Assembly: GCA_048595045.1 (NCBI GenBank)
Contig: JBMDXS010000075.1
Location: 355-64,354 of the forward strand
Reading direction: 5' to 3'
Length of the DNA: 64,000 nt
DNA from: Acidimicrobiia bacterium
Lineage (GTDB): Bacteria; Actinomycetota; Acidimicrobiia; Spongiisociales; ZC4RG35
This document shows positions 31,076-40,597 of this stretch, in pieces (position 1 is the stretch's first letter; each line of letters opens with the position of its first letter). Below the pieces are notes generated by a model, which was given only the letters and a program-made list of their open reading frames with translations, had not been told where the DNA came from and did no database searches. A program made the translations under genes and the position numbers.

Positions 31076-32728
31076 CTACGGGACCATGACGACCCGGTCC
31101 AGAGGCGGAGGAGCCACCGGGGAGTTCGCCCCGAAGTAGGCAACCAGGGCGTCGAGATCGACGTCGCCTCCGAGACGATCCGTGCCCTGGATGAGCACGG
31201 GGTAGTTGTCCCCACCATCGGCCAGGAAGCTGTTGACCGTCACCCGATAGGCGCCGTTCGGGTCGACCGCAACACCGCCTATGGCGAGGTTGGACACCTT
31301 TTCCCCGGCCGGAGCCGTGGCGCTCCAGGTGTAGGTGAACCCTGCGGAGACGTCCAGCTTGCTCACCGCGCCTTGGAACTGTTGTTCCAGCAAGGTGTCG
31401 ATCTGCGTCCCGGTCAGGGTCATCGTGACCAGGCTGTTGCCGAACGGTTGAACCGTGAAAGCCTCTCCGTAGGTCACGTTGCCATCGCCTTCGGTGCCCG
31501 ACTGGGCGAAGGTGACTGCCTCGCGAACCCCGCCTTTGTTCATGAAGGCAACCACCGCGCCCCCAAATGCGGGGTCGCTGGTAGCAGCCAGTTGGGCGTC
31601 GGCGATGACCTCGCCCATCGGTGACTCTCCATCGGCATCGTCCACGCGCGTGATATCGGCGGTCACCGACCCGATGATCGCGTTCGCCAGTGGTGCGGAG
31701 AGGGTCAGGTACTCGTCGATCAGCGTCTGAACCTCGGGGTCGTCCTCCGCGGTCTGGAGGTTGGCGACGTTGACGGCGGAGACCACGGTCATGTCCTTGG
31801 TCCGACGATCGAGCGTCACGTCGATGTCGGTGAAGAGCCGGCCGGCGGTATCCGCCATGGTCACGACCTTCCCGTCGACCTCGCAGACGAATTCGTCATT
31901 GGTGTGGCCGGCGATGACCAGATCGACCGCATCGTCGAGGGCGGGAACGATCTGGGCCAGCGGGCCATTGAGGCCGCTGCCACAGTCGCTCGGGCTCCCA
32001 TCGGAGGATCCCCCCTCGTGGAGCAGGATCACGAAGGCCTCGATGTTCTGCTTCTGCAGACTCTCGACTAGGGCGTTCACGGTCTCCGCCTCATCGCGGA
32101 AGGTGAGACCCGCCACACCGGAGGGAGTGACGATGGTCGGTGTCCCCTCGAGGGTGAGACCGATGTAGGCCACCCTGACCCCCTGGTAGTTCTTGACGGT
32201 GTAAGCCGGGAACAGGGTCTCTCCGGTGTCGTCGACCACCACATTGGCGGCGAGGAACTCGAAGTCGGCCCCGGCAAAGCCGTCACCGTCGAGGTCCCCG
32301 TCGATGGGGTGACTGCCGCCGTTCTGCATACGAAGCAGCTCCGCTGACCCCTCGTCGAACTCGTGGTTGCCCACTCCGTGGATGTCGAGCCCGATCTGGT
32401 TCATCACCTCGATCGTCGGCTCATCGTGGAAGAGCGCGGAGACGAGTGGCGAAGCGCCGATGAGGTCACCGGCCGAGACCACGACCGAGTTGCGGACTCC
32501 TTCCTCGGCGGCCGCGATGTTGGTGGCGAGATTCTGCGCCCCCCCGGTGCCGCCGAAAGACGAGGAGAACGTGTTGATGTTCCCATGGAAGTCGTTCAGC
32601 GCCAGGATCTGGAGCTCGACCGGCTTTGGCCCTCCTTGGGCGCTCACCGGCGCCATGAAGGCCCCGATCAGTGCCATCACCACGGCTGCGATGATCAGAT
32701 GGCCACCTTTGCGGCGTGGACTGGTCAT
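31076..32728 (-). CDS. secreted bifunctional metallophosphatase/5'-nucleotidase (UshA-like)
   Basis: 550 aa with a signal peptide, LNDFHGN and GNHEFD metallophosphoesterase motifs, and a C-terminal 5'-nucleotidase domain. Confidence 0.88.
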   Translation of the reverse strand: MTSPRRKGGHLIIAAVVMALIGAFMAPVSAQGGPKPVELQILALNDFHGNINTFSSSFGGTGGAQNLATNIAAAEEGVRNSVVVSAGDLIGASPLVSALFHDEPTIEVMNQIGLDIHGVGNHEFDEGSAELLRMQNGGSHPIDGDLDGDGFAGADFEFLAANVVVDDTGETLFPAYTVKNYQGVRVAYIGLTLEGTPTIVTPSGVAGLTFRDEAETVNALVESLQKQNIEAFVILLHEGGSSDGSPSDCGSGLNGPLAQIVPALDDAVDLVIAGHTNDEFVCEVDGKVVTMADTAGRLFTDIDVTLDRRTKDMTVVSAVNVANLQTAEDDPEVQTLIDEYLTLSAPLANAIIGSVTADITRVDDADGESPMGEVIADAQLAATSDPAFGGAVVAFMNKGGVREAVTFAQSGTEGDGNVTYGEAFTVQPFGNSLVTMTLTGTQIDTLLEQQFQGAVSKLDVSAGFTYTWSATAPAGEKVSNLAIGGVAVDPNGAYRVTVNSFLADGGDNYPVLIQGTDRLGGDVDLDALVAYFGANSPVAPPPLDRVVMVP

Positions 32729-32840
32729 GATGTCCCCCTCTAGGTTGCTGGCAGGCCCTCGTGGCGTGACCTGCGTGATTCAGCGCTGTGGTTGCAGCAC
32801 AGCGGGCATACCAGGAAAGGGCAGGGCGTAAACTCCGCCT

Positions 32841-33638
32841 ATGCCACGAGCCATCTGGAAGGGCGCCATCAACTTCGGGCTGGTCACCATCCCGGTCGGT
32901 CTGTACACGGCGACCGACAACAAGACACCCAAGTTCAAGCAGCTCCGGAAGACCGACCACTCACCCATCCGCTACAAGCGGGTGGCCGAGGCCGACGGCA
33001 GCGAGGTCCAGTGGGAGGACATCGTCAAGGGGTACGAGTTCGAGAAGGATCGCTACGTGGTGTTCACCGATGAGGAGCTCGATTCGGCCCATCAGGACGG
33101 GAACAAGCTGGTCGACGTGGTCCAGTTCGTGGACGAGACCGAGATCGATCCGATGTATTACAAGTCCGCCTACTACCTCGCGCCGGAGAAGACCGGGATC
33201 AAGGCCTACAAGATCTTGGAGGAGGCCCTGAAGGAAAAGGGCCGGGTGGCCATCGCCAAGGTGTCGATCCGGGAGAAACAACAACTCGCCACTCTCCGTG
33301 CCAAAGACGGCGTGATCGTCATGGAGACAATGTTTTGGCCCGACGAGCTCCGTGAGGCCGAGTTCGAGGAGCTCGAGGCCGAGGTGGAGATCCGGCCTGA
33401 GGAGGTGGCCATGGCCGCCTCCCTGATCGACAACCTGACCCGCCCCTTCGATGCCGAGGAGTACGCCGATCCGACCCGTGAGGCTATCGAGCAACTGGCT
33501 GCGAAGAAGGTCGCGGGCGAGGAGATCATCGCCACGGTCTCGCCAGAGCCAACCAAGGTGGTCGACCTCCTGGAGGCGCTGAAGGCGTCGGTGGAGGCGA
33601 CCAAATCGAAGGAGACGAAGACCGCCAAGGCGGGGTGA
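32841..33638 (+). CDS. ku: Ku DNA end-binding protein (NHEJ)
   Basis: MPRAIWKGAINFGLVTIPV..., GYEFEKDRYVV, and a Lys-rich C-terminal tail. Confidence 0.93.
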   Translation: MPRAIWKGAINFGLVTIPVGLYTATDNKTPKFKQLRKTDHSPIRYKRVAEADGSEVQWEDIVKGYEFEKDRYVVFTDEELDSAHQDGNKLVDVVQFVDETEIDPMYYKSAYYLAPEKTGIKAYKILEEALKEKGRVAIAKVSIREKQQLATLRAKDGVIVMETMFWPDELREAEFEELEAEVEIRPEEVAMAASLIDNLTRPFDAEEYADPTREAIEQLAAKKVAGEEIIATVSPEPTKVVDLLEALKASVEATKSKETKTAKAG

Positions 33639-33649
33639 CGCGCTCCCTC

Positions 33650-34594
33650 CTAGCCCGGGCCCTCCTCCGCCCAGGTGACCGTATCGGCCAGGACCGCCTC
33701 CACCCCCTTGAACACCGGGGCCCTCAGATGATGGTCGTGGGTCCACTCCTTGTACTCCACCCCGATGACGATCGCCGGCTCGACCCACACCGGCCTGCCC
33801 GGCCTGGGCAACAAGACCTGGTTGTGGAACGGGGAAGTGGGCCGTTCGATTTGACGGAGATGGGTGGCGAATATGTCGAGCGTCACGTCGTCGAACCCCG
33901 ATCCGACCGCAGCGATCCAGCGCAGCCCGGCGTCGTCGTGGAGACCGACGAGGACCGAACCGAATGTCGAAGACCTGCCGCCCTCTCCGGGCAGGTAGCC
34001 CCCCACCACCGCCCGCAGCCGACGCCTCACCGACACCTTCTTCCAGTCGGGCGAGCGCTTCCCGGGGTGATAAGGGGACCCGAGCCGCTTGCCGACCACG
34101 CCCTCCAGGCCTCGCTGCCTGGCCACATCGAAGACTGCGGTTCCATGCTCGGGGGTCGGCTCAGGGACCACGATCGGTGACGGAAGCGCGAGATCCATCA
34201 GCATCCCGACCCTTTCCTCGTAGGGCAGGCCGATCAGGCTCCGCCCTCGGAACAGAAGGTCGAAGACCACGAGATTGACGCCTACGTCCGCCTTGGTTCC
34301 ACGTCCTCCAAACCCGGTGCGTTGCTGCAGATAGGAGAAAGAGGGGAGGCCTTCCTCGTCGAAGGCGACCACCTCGCCATCGACGGCGACGCCGTCGGGG
34401 ATCGGCAGCGTGGCCAGCTCGGGGAACGGGCCGGTCAGGTCGAGCCCTCGACGCGACCTGGCCCGGATCTTCCCCGCTTCGGAGGCCAGGACGACCCGGT
34501 AGCCGTCCCACTTCACTTCGAACCACCACCCGGGATCGTCGAACGGATCAACGACCCGCGTCGCCAGCATCGGCTCGAAGTCGGGGATATTCAA
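33650..34594 (-). CDS. ATP-dependent DNA ligase, ligase domain only (LigD-LigDom/LigC-type)
   Basis: 314 aa with adenylation motif I EVKWDGYR and an OB-fold C-terminus. No polymerase or phosphoesterase module. Confidence 0.88.
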   Translation of the reverse strand: MNIPDFEPMLATRVVDPFDDPGWWFEVKWDGYRVVLASEAGKIRARSRRGLDLTGPFPELATLPIPDGVAVDGEVVAFDEEGLPSFSYLQQRTGFGGRGTKADVGVNLVVFDLLFRGRSLIGLPYEERVGMLMDLALPSPIVVPEPTPEHGTAVFDVARQRGLEGVVGKRLGSPYHPGKRSPDWKKVSVRRRLRAVVGGYLPGEGGRSSTFGSVLVGLHDDAGLRWIAAVGSGFDDVTLDIFATHLRQIERPTSPFHNQVLLPRPGRPVWVEPAIVIGVEYKEWTHDHHLRAPVFKGVEAVLADTVTWAEEGPG

Positions 34595-35055
34595 CCGGCT
34601 GCGAGCTCCTCGCGCACCAGACGGCTCACCAGGGCGCCGTCGAGGTCGTTGCCGTGCTGTCTCATCAGGTGGCCGGTGACCCGACCGGCGGCCTTCTCGT
34701 CCGAGGCGGCGCCGAGCTCCTCTATCGCCTCCCGCACCAGATCGCGTGTTTCGTGCTCGTCGAGCTTCTTCGGCAGCCAGCGGGACAGATAATCCACCTC
34801 GAAGGCGAGCTTCGCCGCCATCGGCTGGCCACGCTCTCCGAGTTCCAGGTACTCCTGGCGGCTCTTGTCCATCTTCTTGACATACGACCCGATCACCTGC
34901 CGGTAGAGATCGTCGTCCAGTTCCCCCGTGAACCCGGGTTGGCTCCTCGCTACCGCTATCTCGGTCTCGACCTGCCTGATGACGTCCCTTCTCGAGGCGT
35001 CCTTGGCCTTCATCGCGTCTCTCAGCTCGTCAGCGAGCTCGTCTCTGATCGTCAT
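34591..35055 (-). CDS. GatB/YqeY-domain protein
   Basis: 154 aa with a typical YqeY pattern (LRDAMKAKD, RRDVIR). Has 4-nt overlaps with both neighbours. Confidence 0.8.
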   Translation of the reverse strand: MTIRDELADELRDAMKAKDASRRDVIRQVETEIAVARSQPGFTGELDDDLYRQVIGSYVKKMDKSRQEYLELGERGQPMAAKLAFEVDYLSRWLPKKLDEHETRDLVREAIEELGAASDEKAAGRVTGHLMRQHGNDLDGALVSRLVREELAAG

Positions 35056-35744
35056 AACGGGGTGTCCAGGGCGCTGCGTACCACGGCCGGGTCGTCGGTA
35101 ATGATGCCCGACACCCCGATACCGGCCAACTCGGAGGCGCGATCTGGGTCATTCACCACCCACGGGCATACCTCGAGCCCGGCATCGACTGCCCGGATCA
35201 TCTCCACAACCGGAAAGGACACCGAGGGGAGCAGAGCTCGGTGGCCGTATCGGAGACACTCAGAGATGCCTTCGGTCACGTCACCCGCAACGTCGACGAG
35301 CACGCCCGTGGCGACCTCGGGGAAAACCCGGCGGACGGCGGCCAACGTCTCCCAGTTGAAAGAGGTGATCAGGTCACCCGGCCGGGCCCGTTCGGCGGTC
35401 TCTAGGCCAAGCCGGTGATCCGGTTCGAATCCCGGCTCGTGCGGCATGTTCTTCACCTCGAATTGAAACGACAGGTCGGGAACGACGCCTATCGCCTCGT
35501 CGAGGAGCGCGGGGCGATGGCCGTCGCCAAGATCGGCGTCGCCCAACTCCGCCCATGAGTGATCGGCTACCGAAATTCCCCCGAGCACCGGATCGTGCGA
35601 GAGCACGAGCTTCCCATCGCCGCTCCGGCGAACATCGACTTCGACTGCATCGGCGACGCCGGCCGCGGCGAGGAAGCCGGCCAGCGTGTTGTCGGGGAAC
35701 CGTGTGGGCCATCCTCGATGGCCCACCACGACTGGTCTCATCAA
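35052..35744 (-). CDS. glycerophosphodiester phosphodiesterase family protein
   Basis: VVGHRG, EVDVRRSGDGKLVLSHD. Confidence 0.85.
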   Translation of the reverse strand: MMRPVVVGHRGWPTRFPDNTLAGFLAAAGVADAVEVDVRRSGDGKLVLSHDPVLGGISVADHSWAELGDADLGDGHRPALLDEAIGVVPDLSFQFEVKNMPHEPGFEPDHRLGLETAERARPGDLITSFNWETLAAVRRVFPEVATGVLVDVAGDVTEGISECLRYGHRALLPSVSFPVVEMIRAVDAGLEVCPWVVNDPDRASELAGIGVSGIITDDPAVVRSALDTPL

Positions 35745-35848
35745 CGTCGATCCTCCCGAAGAAAACCGTTTACAGACGACGACACGGACGTTATCGTTCG
35801 GCCCGGAAAAACCACCGTTCCCGGGAATTTTCTTCCTGACGGAGCGCT

Positions 35849-35864
35849 TGTGAAAAAGATCACA
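35849..35864. promoter_or_regulatory. perfect CRP/GlxR-type palindrome TGTGA-N6-TCACA upstream of whiB
   Basis: TGTGAAAAAGATCACA read directly, with the same extended flanks as the atp site. It ends exactly 14 nt before the whiB TTG at 35879. Confidence 0.6.
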
Positions 35865-35878
35865 AAGTTAGGAACATC

Positions 35879-36157
35879 TTGCTCACCACGACCACCATCA
35901 CCACAGATTGGCGGGATCTGGCAGCTTGCCGGGACTCCGAGCCGACCCTGTTCTTCCCGGTCGGGACCACCGGCCCGGCGATAGACCAGATCGACGCTGC
36001 CGTTGCCATCTGCATGATCTGCCCCGTCCAAGAGAGTTGTCTCCAGTACGCCCTCGAGACCAATCAGGAATCCGGGGTATGGGGCGGGTACGCCGAGGAC
36101 GACCGTCGCCGTCTGCGTAAGCGCTGGCTCGCCGAGCGGCGTCGTCGCGCCGTCTAG
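35879..36157 (+). CDS. whiB: WhiB-family [4Fe-4S] transcription factor, WhiB1-like
   Basis: 92 aa with Cys pattern C-x28-C-x2-C-x5-C, LFFPVGTTGPA, SGVWGG and a basic tail RRRLRKRW. Confidence 0.92.
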   Translation: MLTTTTITTDWRDLAACRDSEPTLFFPVGTTGPAIDQIDAAVAICMICPVQESCLQYALETNQESGVWGGYAEDDRRRLRKRWLAERRRRAV

Positions 36158-36381
36158 ACCGCCGGGGCGAAACCCACAGAAGGGCCGCCGTCGGCGGCTT
36201 CGATCTCCACAAAGGCCAGTGACGCGGTCGGCACGCCCACCGTCCGGCTCTTGGTGTCGGTGAACCAGGCCATGCCCCCGTCGGCCAGAGCCCGCTCCAG
36301 CTCGCCACGGAAGGCATCGACGTCATCGATCTCGATCTCGACGACCTTGCTGGTGTCGGCGATCCCAATGCGGGCTTTCAT
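36154..36381 (-). CDS. DUF3107-family protein
   Basis: Start at ATG 36381 (MKARIGIADTSKVVEIEIDD...AFVEIE). 75 aa, an actinobacterial conserved small protein. Confidence 0.7.
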   Translation of the reverse strand: MKARIGIADTSKVVEIEIDDVDAFRGELERALADGGMAWFTDTKSRTVGVPTASLAFVEIEAADGGPSVGFAPAV

Positions 36382-36435
36382 GCTCGCACTGTAACCCCCT
36401 TCCCCTCGGGCTGAATTTGCCGTAGTCCAACTCTC

Positions 36436-36759
36436 ATGGGGTGGGGAAGACGCCTCGTGATTCTGACGACGATGTTGTCGATCGGTTCGGTGGCTCTGGC
36501 CCAACCGACAGCCAGCCCCTCTTTCGTCCCGGTCTCCGTGTCCGAGCCGATCCCCCCTTCGGTGGTGGTCGAGCCCGGCGATCATCTCTGGAAGATCAGC
36601 CAAGACCATCTGGCCGACGTCCTCGGCAGACCGGCCGAGGACGGAGAGGTCGATCCCTATTGGCGGTCTGTCATCGAGGCCAACCGGGACCGACTGCTCT
36701 CAGGCGATCCCGATCTGATCTACCCGGGTGAGACGGTGGCGCTGCCCCCGACCGGATGA
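36436..36759 (+). CDS. secreted LysM-domain protein
   Basis: Signal peptide followed by a LysM-like module (VVEPGDHLWKISQDHL...DLIYPGETVALP). Confidence 0.7.
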   Translation: MGWGRRLVILTTMLSIGSVALAQPTASPSFVPVSVSEPIPPSVVVEPGDHLWKISQDHLADVLGRPAEDGEVDPYWRSVIEANRDRLLSGDPDLIYPGETVALPPTG

Positions 36760-36763
36760 CGAG

Positions 36764-38098
36764 CTAACGATCGGCGACCAGACGGGCGACGATCCCCTCG
36801 TGCGTGCCGAGGTAGAGCTCTCCGGCTGAGTCGATCCCAAAGGTGTTGACCTGGCCGAGCGCGCCCAACTGTTCCGACCAGTCCTGCTCCTCGGTGACCG
36901 CACCCGCCACGAACTTGAAGGACCGGATCCACTGGGAGCACCAATCGCTGTAGAAATAGGTGCCACTCAGCTCGGGGATGGCCGTCCCCCGATAGACGTA
37001 CCCACCGGTCACCGAGCAGCCCTCCTCGTGGGTGTAGGTGATGGCCGGTGCCGTGTAATTGGCCAGGTCACAGTCCTGGACGTGAAAGCAACGTGTTCCC
37101 TCCACGTCGGACCATCCCAGGTTGAACCCACCCTCTGCGATGGGCAGCACGTTGATCTCTTCCTGGTCGGCATGCCCGACGTCGGCTATGTAGATGAGCT
37201 CATCCACCGGATCGATGGAGAAACGCCACGGGTTGCGAAGCCCGTAGGCCCATACCTCGCCGGCGCCACCTCCGTCGACGAACGGGTTCTCCGGAGGGAT
37301 CCCGTATGGATCGCCCCCATCGACATCGATGCGAGAGATCGCCCCGAACATCGTGTTTGGGTCCTGTCCCTGATCGCGGGAGTCGGCGCCGTCGCCCATC
37401 GCGATCCACAAGTTGCCATCGGGCCCGAAGGCGAGTTGTCCGGCGTAGTGACGAATGTCGGTGGCGTCCGGCGGTTGCTCCAACTCGATGAGGACTCTCT
37501 CGGTGTCAGGCGAGGCGATGTTCGGGTCGGACACCGACACCTGGAATTCGGAGACCTGTCTGCGGCCACCCTGGTCGGTGTAATAGACGTAGAAACGCCC
37601 GTTGTTGGCGTAATCGGGATGGAAGGCCAGGCCGAGCAAGCCCTGTTCGATGCCACCCGCCAGGACCCGATCGGTCAGGTCGAGGAACGGGGTCTCCTGG
37701 AGCCCGCGGTTGGCGTCCATCGTCAAGATGACCCCGAAACGCTCCACGACGAACAGCCGGTCGTCTCCGACCGGGGCGGTGATGGCCGTCGGCTGCCGCA
37801 CGTCCCCGGTCAGGGACTCCAGTCTGAGCTGCTGCAACTCGGGGAGGTTGGCGCCGGTGGTCGAGGAGCCCGGCACCGTGGTCCCCCCCGTTCCGGGGAC
37901 GGTCGACCCGGTCGCTCCGGGAGCGACCGTGCTGGTCGTGCCCCCCGCAACCGGTGGCTCGGTCCCCTCAGGACCACTCCCCTCTCCGGAGCCCCGAATG
38001 AAGAAGAATGTGATCAGGAATATCGCAACCAATGCGATGATCAGGGCGCGCAGCCTCGACTGTGCATTGGGGGCAGGCTGGCGGTGACGTGCGCTCAC
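36764..38098 (-). CDS. membrane-anchored PQQ-dependent sugar dehydrogenase (soluble glucose/sorbosone dehydrogenase family)
   Basis: 444 aa with an N-terminal TM helix and beta-propeller motifs GLLGLAFHPDY, GRFYVYYTD, GLRNPWRFS. Confidence 0.82.
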   Translation of the reverse strand: MSARHRQPAPNAQSRLRALIIALVAIFLITFFFIRGSGEGSGPEGTEPPVAGGTTSTVAPGATGSTVPGTGGTTVPGSSTTGANLPELQQLRLESLTGDVRQPTAITAPVGDDRLFVVERFGVILTMDANRGLQETPFLDLTDRVLAGGIEQGLLGLAFHPDYANNGRFYVYYTDQGGRRQVSEFQVSVSDPNIASPDTERVLIELEQPPDATDIRHYAGQLAFGPDGNLWIAMGDGADSRDQGQDPNTMFGAISRIDVDGGDPYGIPPENPFVDGGGAGEVWAYGLRNPWRFSIDPVDELIYIADVGHADQEEINVLPIAEGGFNLGWSDVEGTRCFHVQDCDLANYTAPAITYTHEEGCSVTGGYVYRGTAIPELSGTYFYSDWCSQWIRSFKFVAGAVTEEQDWSEQLGALGQVNTFGIDSAGELYLGTHEGIVARLVADR

Positions 38099-38140
38099 GG
38101 CTGGGCGAGTTTAAGGATCGGGGAGGGCCGGCAAGCCGCT

Positions 38141-39112
38141 CTAAGCGTTCTCTCCGAGGAAGATCTCCGACACCGACGAGTCCATGAAGATCGCCTGCAA
38201 GGTCTCGGCGAGGATCGGCGCGATAGAAAGCACCTGGACCTTGTCCAGCTCCAAGACCTCCTGCGAGACCGGCAAGGTGTTGGTGACGATCACCTCCTCG
38301 ACAGGTGCGTTCTTGAGCAGGTCCAAAGCCGGGTCGGAGAACACGCCATGGGTGGCAGCGATGCGAACACTGACCGCTCCCTGCTCGCGCACCAGCTCGG
38401 CGGCGTTGGTGACCGTCCCCGCAGTGTCGATGATGTCATCGACGATGACGGCGTGCCGTCCAGCGACGGTTCCAGCCATCTCGAGGGCTTCGGACACATT
38501 GTGCTGCACCGGGTCGCGCCGTTTGTAGACGACGGCGACGTCGCCGTCGAGGAAGCGGGCATAACGCTCCGCCCGCTTCACACCACCCGCGTCCGGGGAG
38601 ACGACGGTGGTGGGCCCGTCGATTCGTTCCGACAGGTAGTCGGTGATGATGGGCAGAGCTGTGAGCGAGTCGAAGGGCTTGTGGATGAAGCCCTGCAGCT
38701 GTCCCGTGTGCAAGTCGACCGAGACCAGGCGATCTGCCCCGGCGGTCATGAACAGATCACCGACCAGACGGGCGGTGATCGGCTCTCTCGGCCTGACCTT
38801 CTTGTCTTGCCTGCCGTAGCCGAAGAACGGCATGACCGCGGTGATACGGCGGGCCGAGGCCCGATTGAGGGCATCGATGGTGATCAACTGCTCCATGATG
38901 TTGTCGTTGATCGGGTCGCAATGGCTCTGCATCACGTAGCAGTCGGCGCCACGCACACTCTCGGCGGGCCGCACATAGATCTCACCATTGGCGAAACGGG
39001 AACGCTCCAGGTCACCGAGAGCGACCCCTAATGCCTCCGCCACCTCTTCAGCCAAAGAGGCATTGGCCCCGCCGGTGAAGAGCATCATTCGGTTGCGGGA
39101 GACAATGTCCAA
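38141..39112 (-). CDS. prs: ribose-phosphate pyrophosphokinase
   Basis: 323 aa with the PRPP-binding loop VIVDDIIDTAGT. Confidence 0.95.
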   Translation of the reverse strand: MDIVSRNRMMLFTGGANASLAEEVAEALGVALGDLERSRFANGEIYVRPAESVRGADCYVMQSHCDPINDNIMEQLITIDALNRASARRITAVMPFFGYGRQDKKVRPREPITARLVGDLFMTAGADRLVSVDLHTGQLQGFIHKPFDSLTALPIITDYLSERIDGPTTVVSPDAGGVKRAERYARFLDGDVAVVYKRRDPVQHNVSEALEMAGTVAGRHAVIVDDIIDTAGTVTNAAELVREQGAVSVRIAATHGVFSDPALDLLKNAPVEEVIVTNTLPVSQEVLELDKVQVLSIAPILAETLQAIFMDSSVSEIFLGENA

Positions 39113-39113
39113 C

Positions 39114-40502
39114 TCAGTCCTCGGCCTTCTTGGCGGCCTGCCTCGCTGCGCGGCGCTGAGAGTAGCCGCGTATCTCTCGCTGCTCGGTCCGCTCGATGGC
39201 TAGCGCTCCCTCCTCGACATCGTCGGTTATCACCGAGCCGGCGCCGGTGACCGCACCATCACCGATGGTCACCGGAGCGACCAGCATCGTGTCGGACCCG
39301 ATGAAGACATCCTCTCCGATCACGGTCTCGTGCTTCTCATATCCGTCGTAGTTGCACGTGACGGTCCCGGCACCGATATTCGTTCTGGCGCCAACCTTCG
39401 CATCCCCCAGGTAGGTGAGGTGTGGTGCCTTCGCGCCCGGGCCAAGAGTGATGTTCTTCGTTTCGACGAACGTGCCCACCTTGGATCCCTGCTCGAGGAC
39501 GGAGCCGGGGCGGAGTGAGGCAAAGGGGCCAACCTCGCAGTTGTCGCCGACGATGGCCCCTCGCAAGACGGCGTACCAGACAGTCGAGCCGGCGCCGATG
39601 GTGGAATCGAGGGCGAAGACATCGGGCCCGACCTTGGCACCGGCACCTACCTTCGTCTCCCCTTCGAGATGGACGCCCGGGTAGATCCGGGCCCCGGGCT
39701 CGACGATCACCGAGTCGTCGACATAGATGCGGTCCGGGTCGAGCATCCAGACACCCGACTCCATTAGTCGCTGGTTGGTGCGGGCCTGAAGGAGCGCCTG
39801 CGCCTGGGCGAGTTGGTCTTGAGAGTTGATTCCGATCACCTCCTGCGGTGTGGCCTCGACCGGCTGCAGGCGCTGGCCGCGGCCAACAAGGATCCCGACG
39901 ACGTCGGTGAGGTAGTACTCACTCTGTGCATTGTCGTTCGAGACACCCGCCAACGCATCGATCAGGTCCTTGGCCCTGAAGGCGTACACCCCCGCATTGA
40001 CCTCGCCGATGGCCCGCTCGGCTTCGTCACAATCACGCTCTTCCACCACCTCGACCACGTTGTCGGAGTCGTCACGAACGATCCGCCCGTAACCGGTTGG
40101 GTCGTCGAGCACCGCGGTCACCATCCGCGCGGCGACGTCCTCGGGTCGCTCGACCAGGCGAGTCAAGAGCTCGGGAGTGAGCAAGGGCATGTCGCCGTAG
40201 AGGACCAGGATGGTGTCATCCGGCGCCACACCGCCCAACGCATCGAGACCGACCTTCGTGGCATGCCCTGTGCCCAGTTGCCTCTCCTGGATAGCCGTCG
40301 TCACCCCCGGGGGGAGATGATCGAGCACCTCATCGGCGCCGTGCCCGAGCACCACTACGGTGTTGGCCGGCTCGAGAGGGTGGACGGCCTCGAGCACCCA
40401 GCCGATCAATGTGCGACCAGCCGCCATGTGAGCAACTTTGGGCAGGTCGGACATCATCCGCTTGCCCTGCCCGGCGGCGAGGACGATCACGTGCGTCGGC
40501 AA
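39114..40502 (-). CDS. glmU: bifunctional UDP-GlcNAc pyrophosphorylase / GlcN-1-P acetyltransferase
   Basis: 462 aa with LAAGQGKRM and C-terminal left-handed beta-helix hexapeptide repeats. Confidence 0.95.
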   Translation of the reverse strand: MPTHVIVLAAGQGKRMMSDLPKVAHMAAGRTLIGWVLEAVHPLEPANTVVVLGHGADEVLDHLPPGVTTAIQERQLGTGHATKVGLDALGGVAPDDTILVLYGDMPLLTPELLTRLVERPEDVAARMVTAVLDDPTGYGRIVRDDSDNVVEVVEERDCDEAERAIGEVNAGVYAFRAKDLIDALAGVSNDNAQSEYYLTDVVGILVGRGQRLQPVEATPQEVIGINSQDQLAQAQALLQARTNQRLMESGVWMLDPDRIYVDDSVIVEPGARIYPGVHLEGETKVGAGAKVGPDVFALDSTIGAGSTVWYAVLRGAIVGDNCEVGPFASLRPGSVLEQGSKVGTFVETKNITLGPGAKAPHLTYLGDAKVGARTNIGAGTVTCNYDGYEKHETVIGEDVFIGSDTMLVAPVTIGDGAVTGAGSVITDDVEEGALAIERTEQREIRGYSQRRAARQAAKKAED

Positions 40503-40525
40503 GGAGCTACCTCTCTAATCTCGGG

Positions 40526-40597
40526 CTGGGGGGGCAGGACTCGAACCCGCTCTTACAGGACCAAAACCTGCCGTGCTACCGGTTACACCACCCCCCA
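40526..40597 (-). tRNA. tRNA-Gln (anticodon TTG)
   Basis: Hand-folded on the minus strand: acceptor TGGGGGG/CCCCCCA, anticodon arm GCAGG-TTTTGGT-CCTGT, T arm GCGGG-TTCGAGT-CCTGC. Confidence 0.9.

Noticed and set aside
37028-39031. A 667-aa plus-strand ORF, the longest in this part of the window.
   Set aside because: It lies antisense to the well-supported PQQ-dehydrogenase and prs genes. Its translation is R/G/D/P-rich low-complexity sequence with no motif. This is a typical shadow ORF of high-GC DNA.
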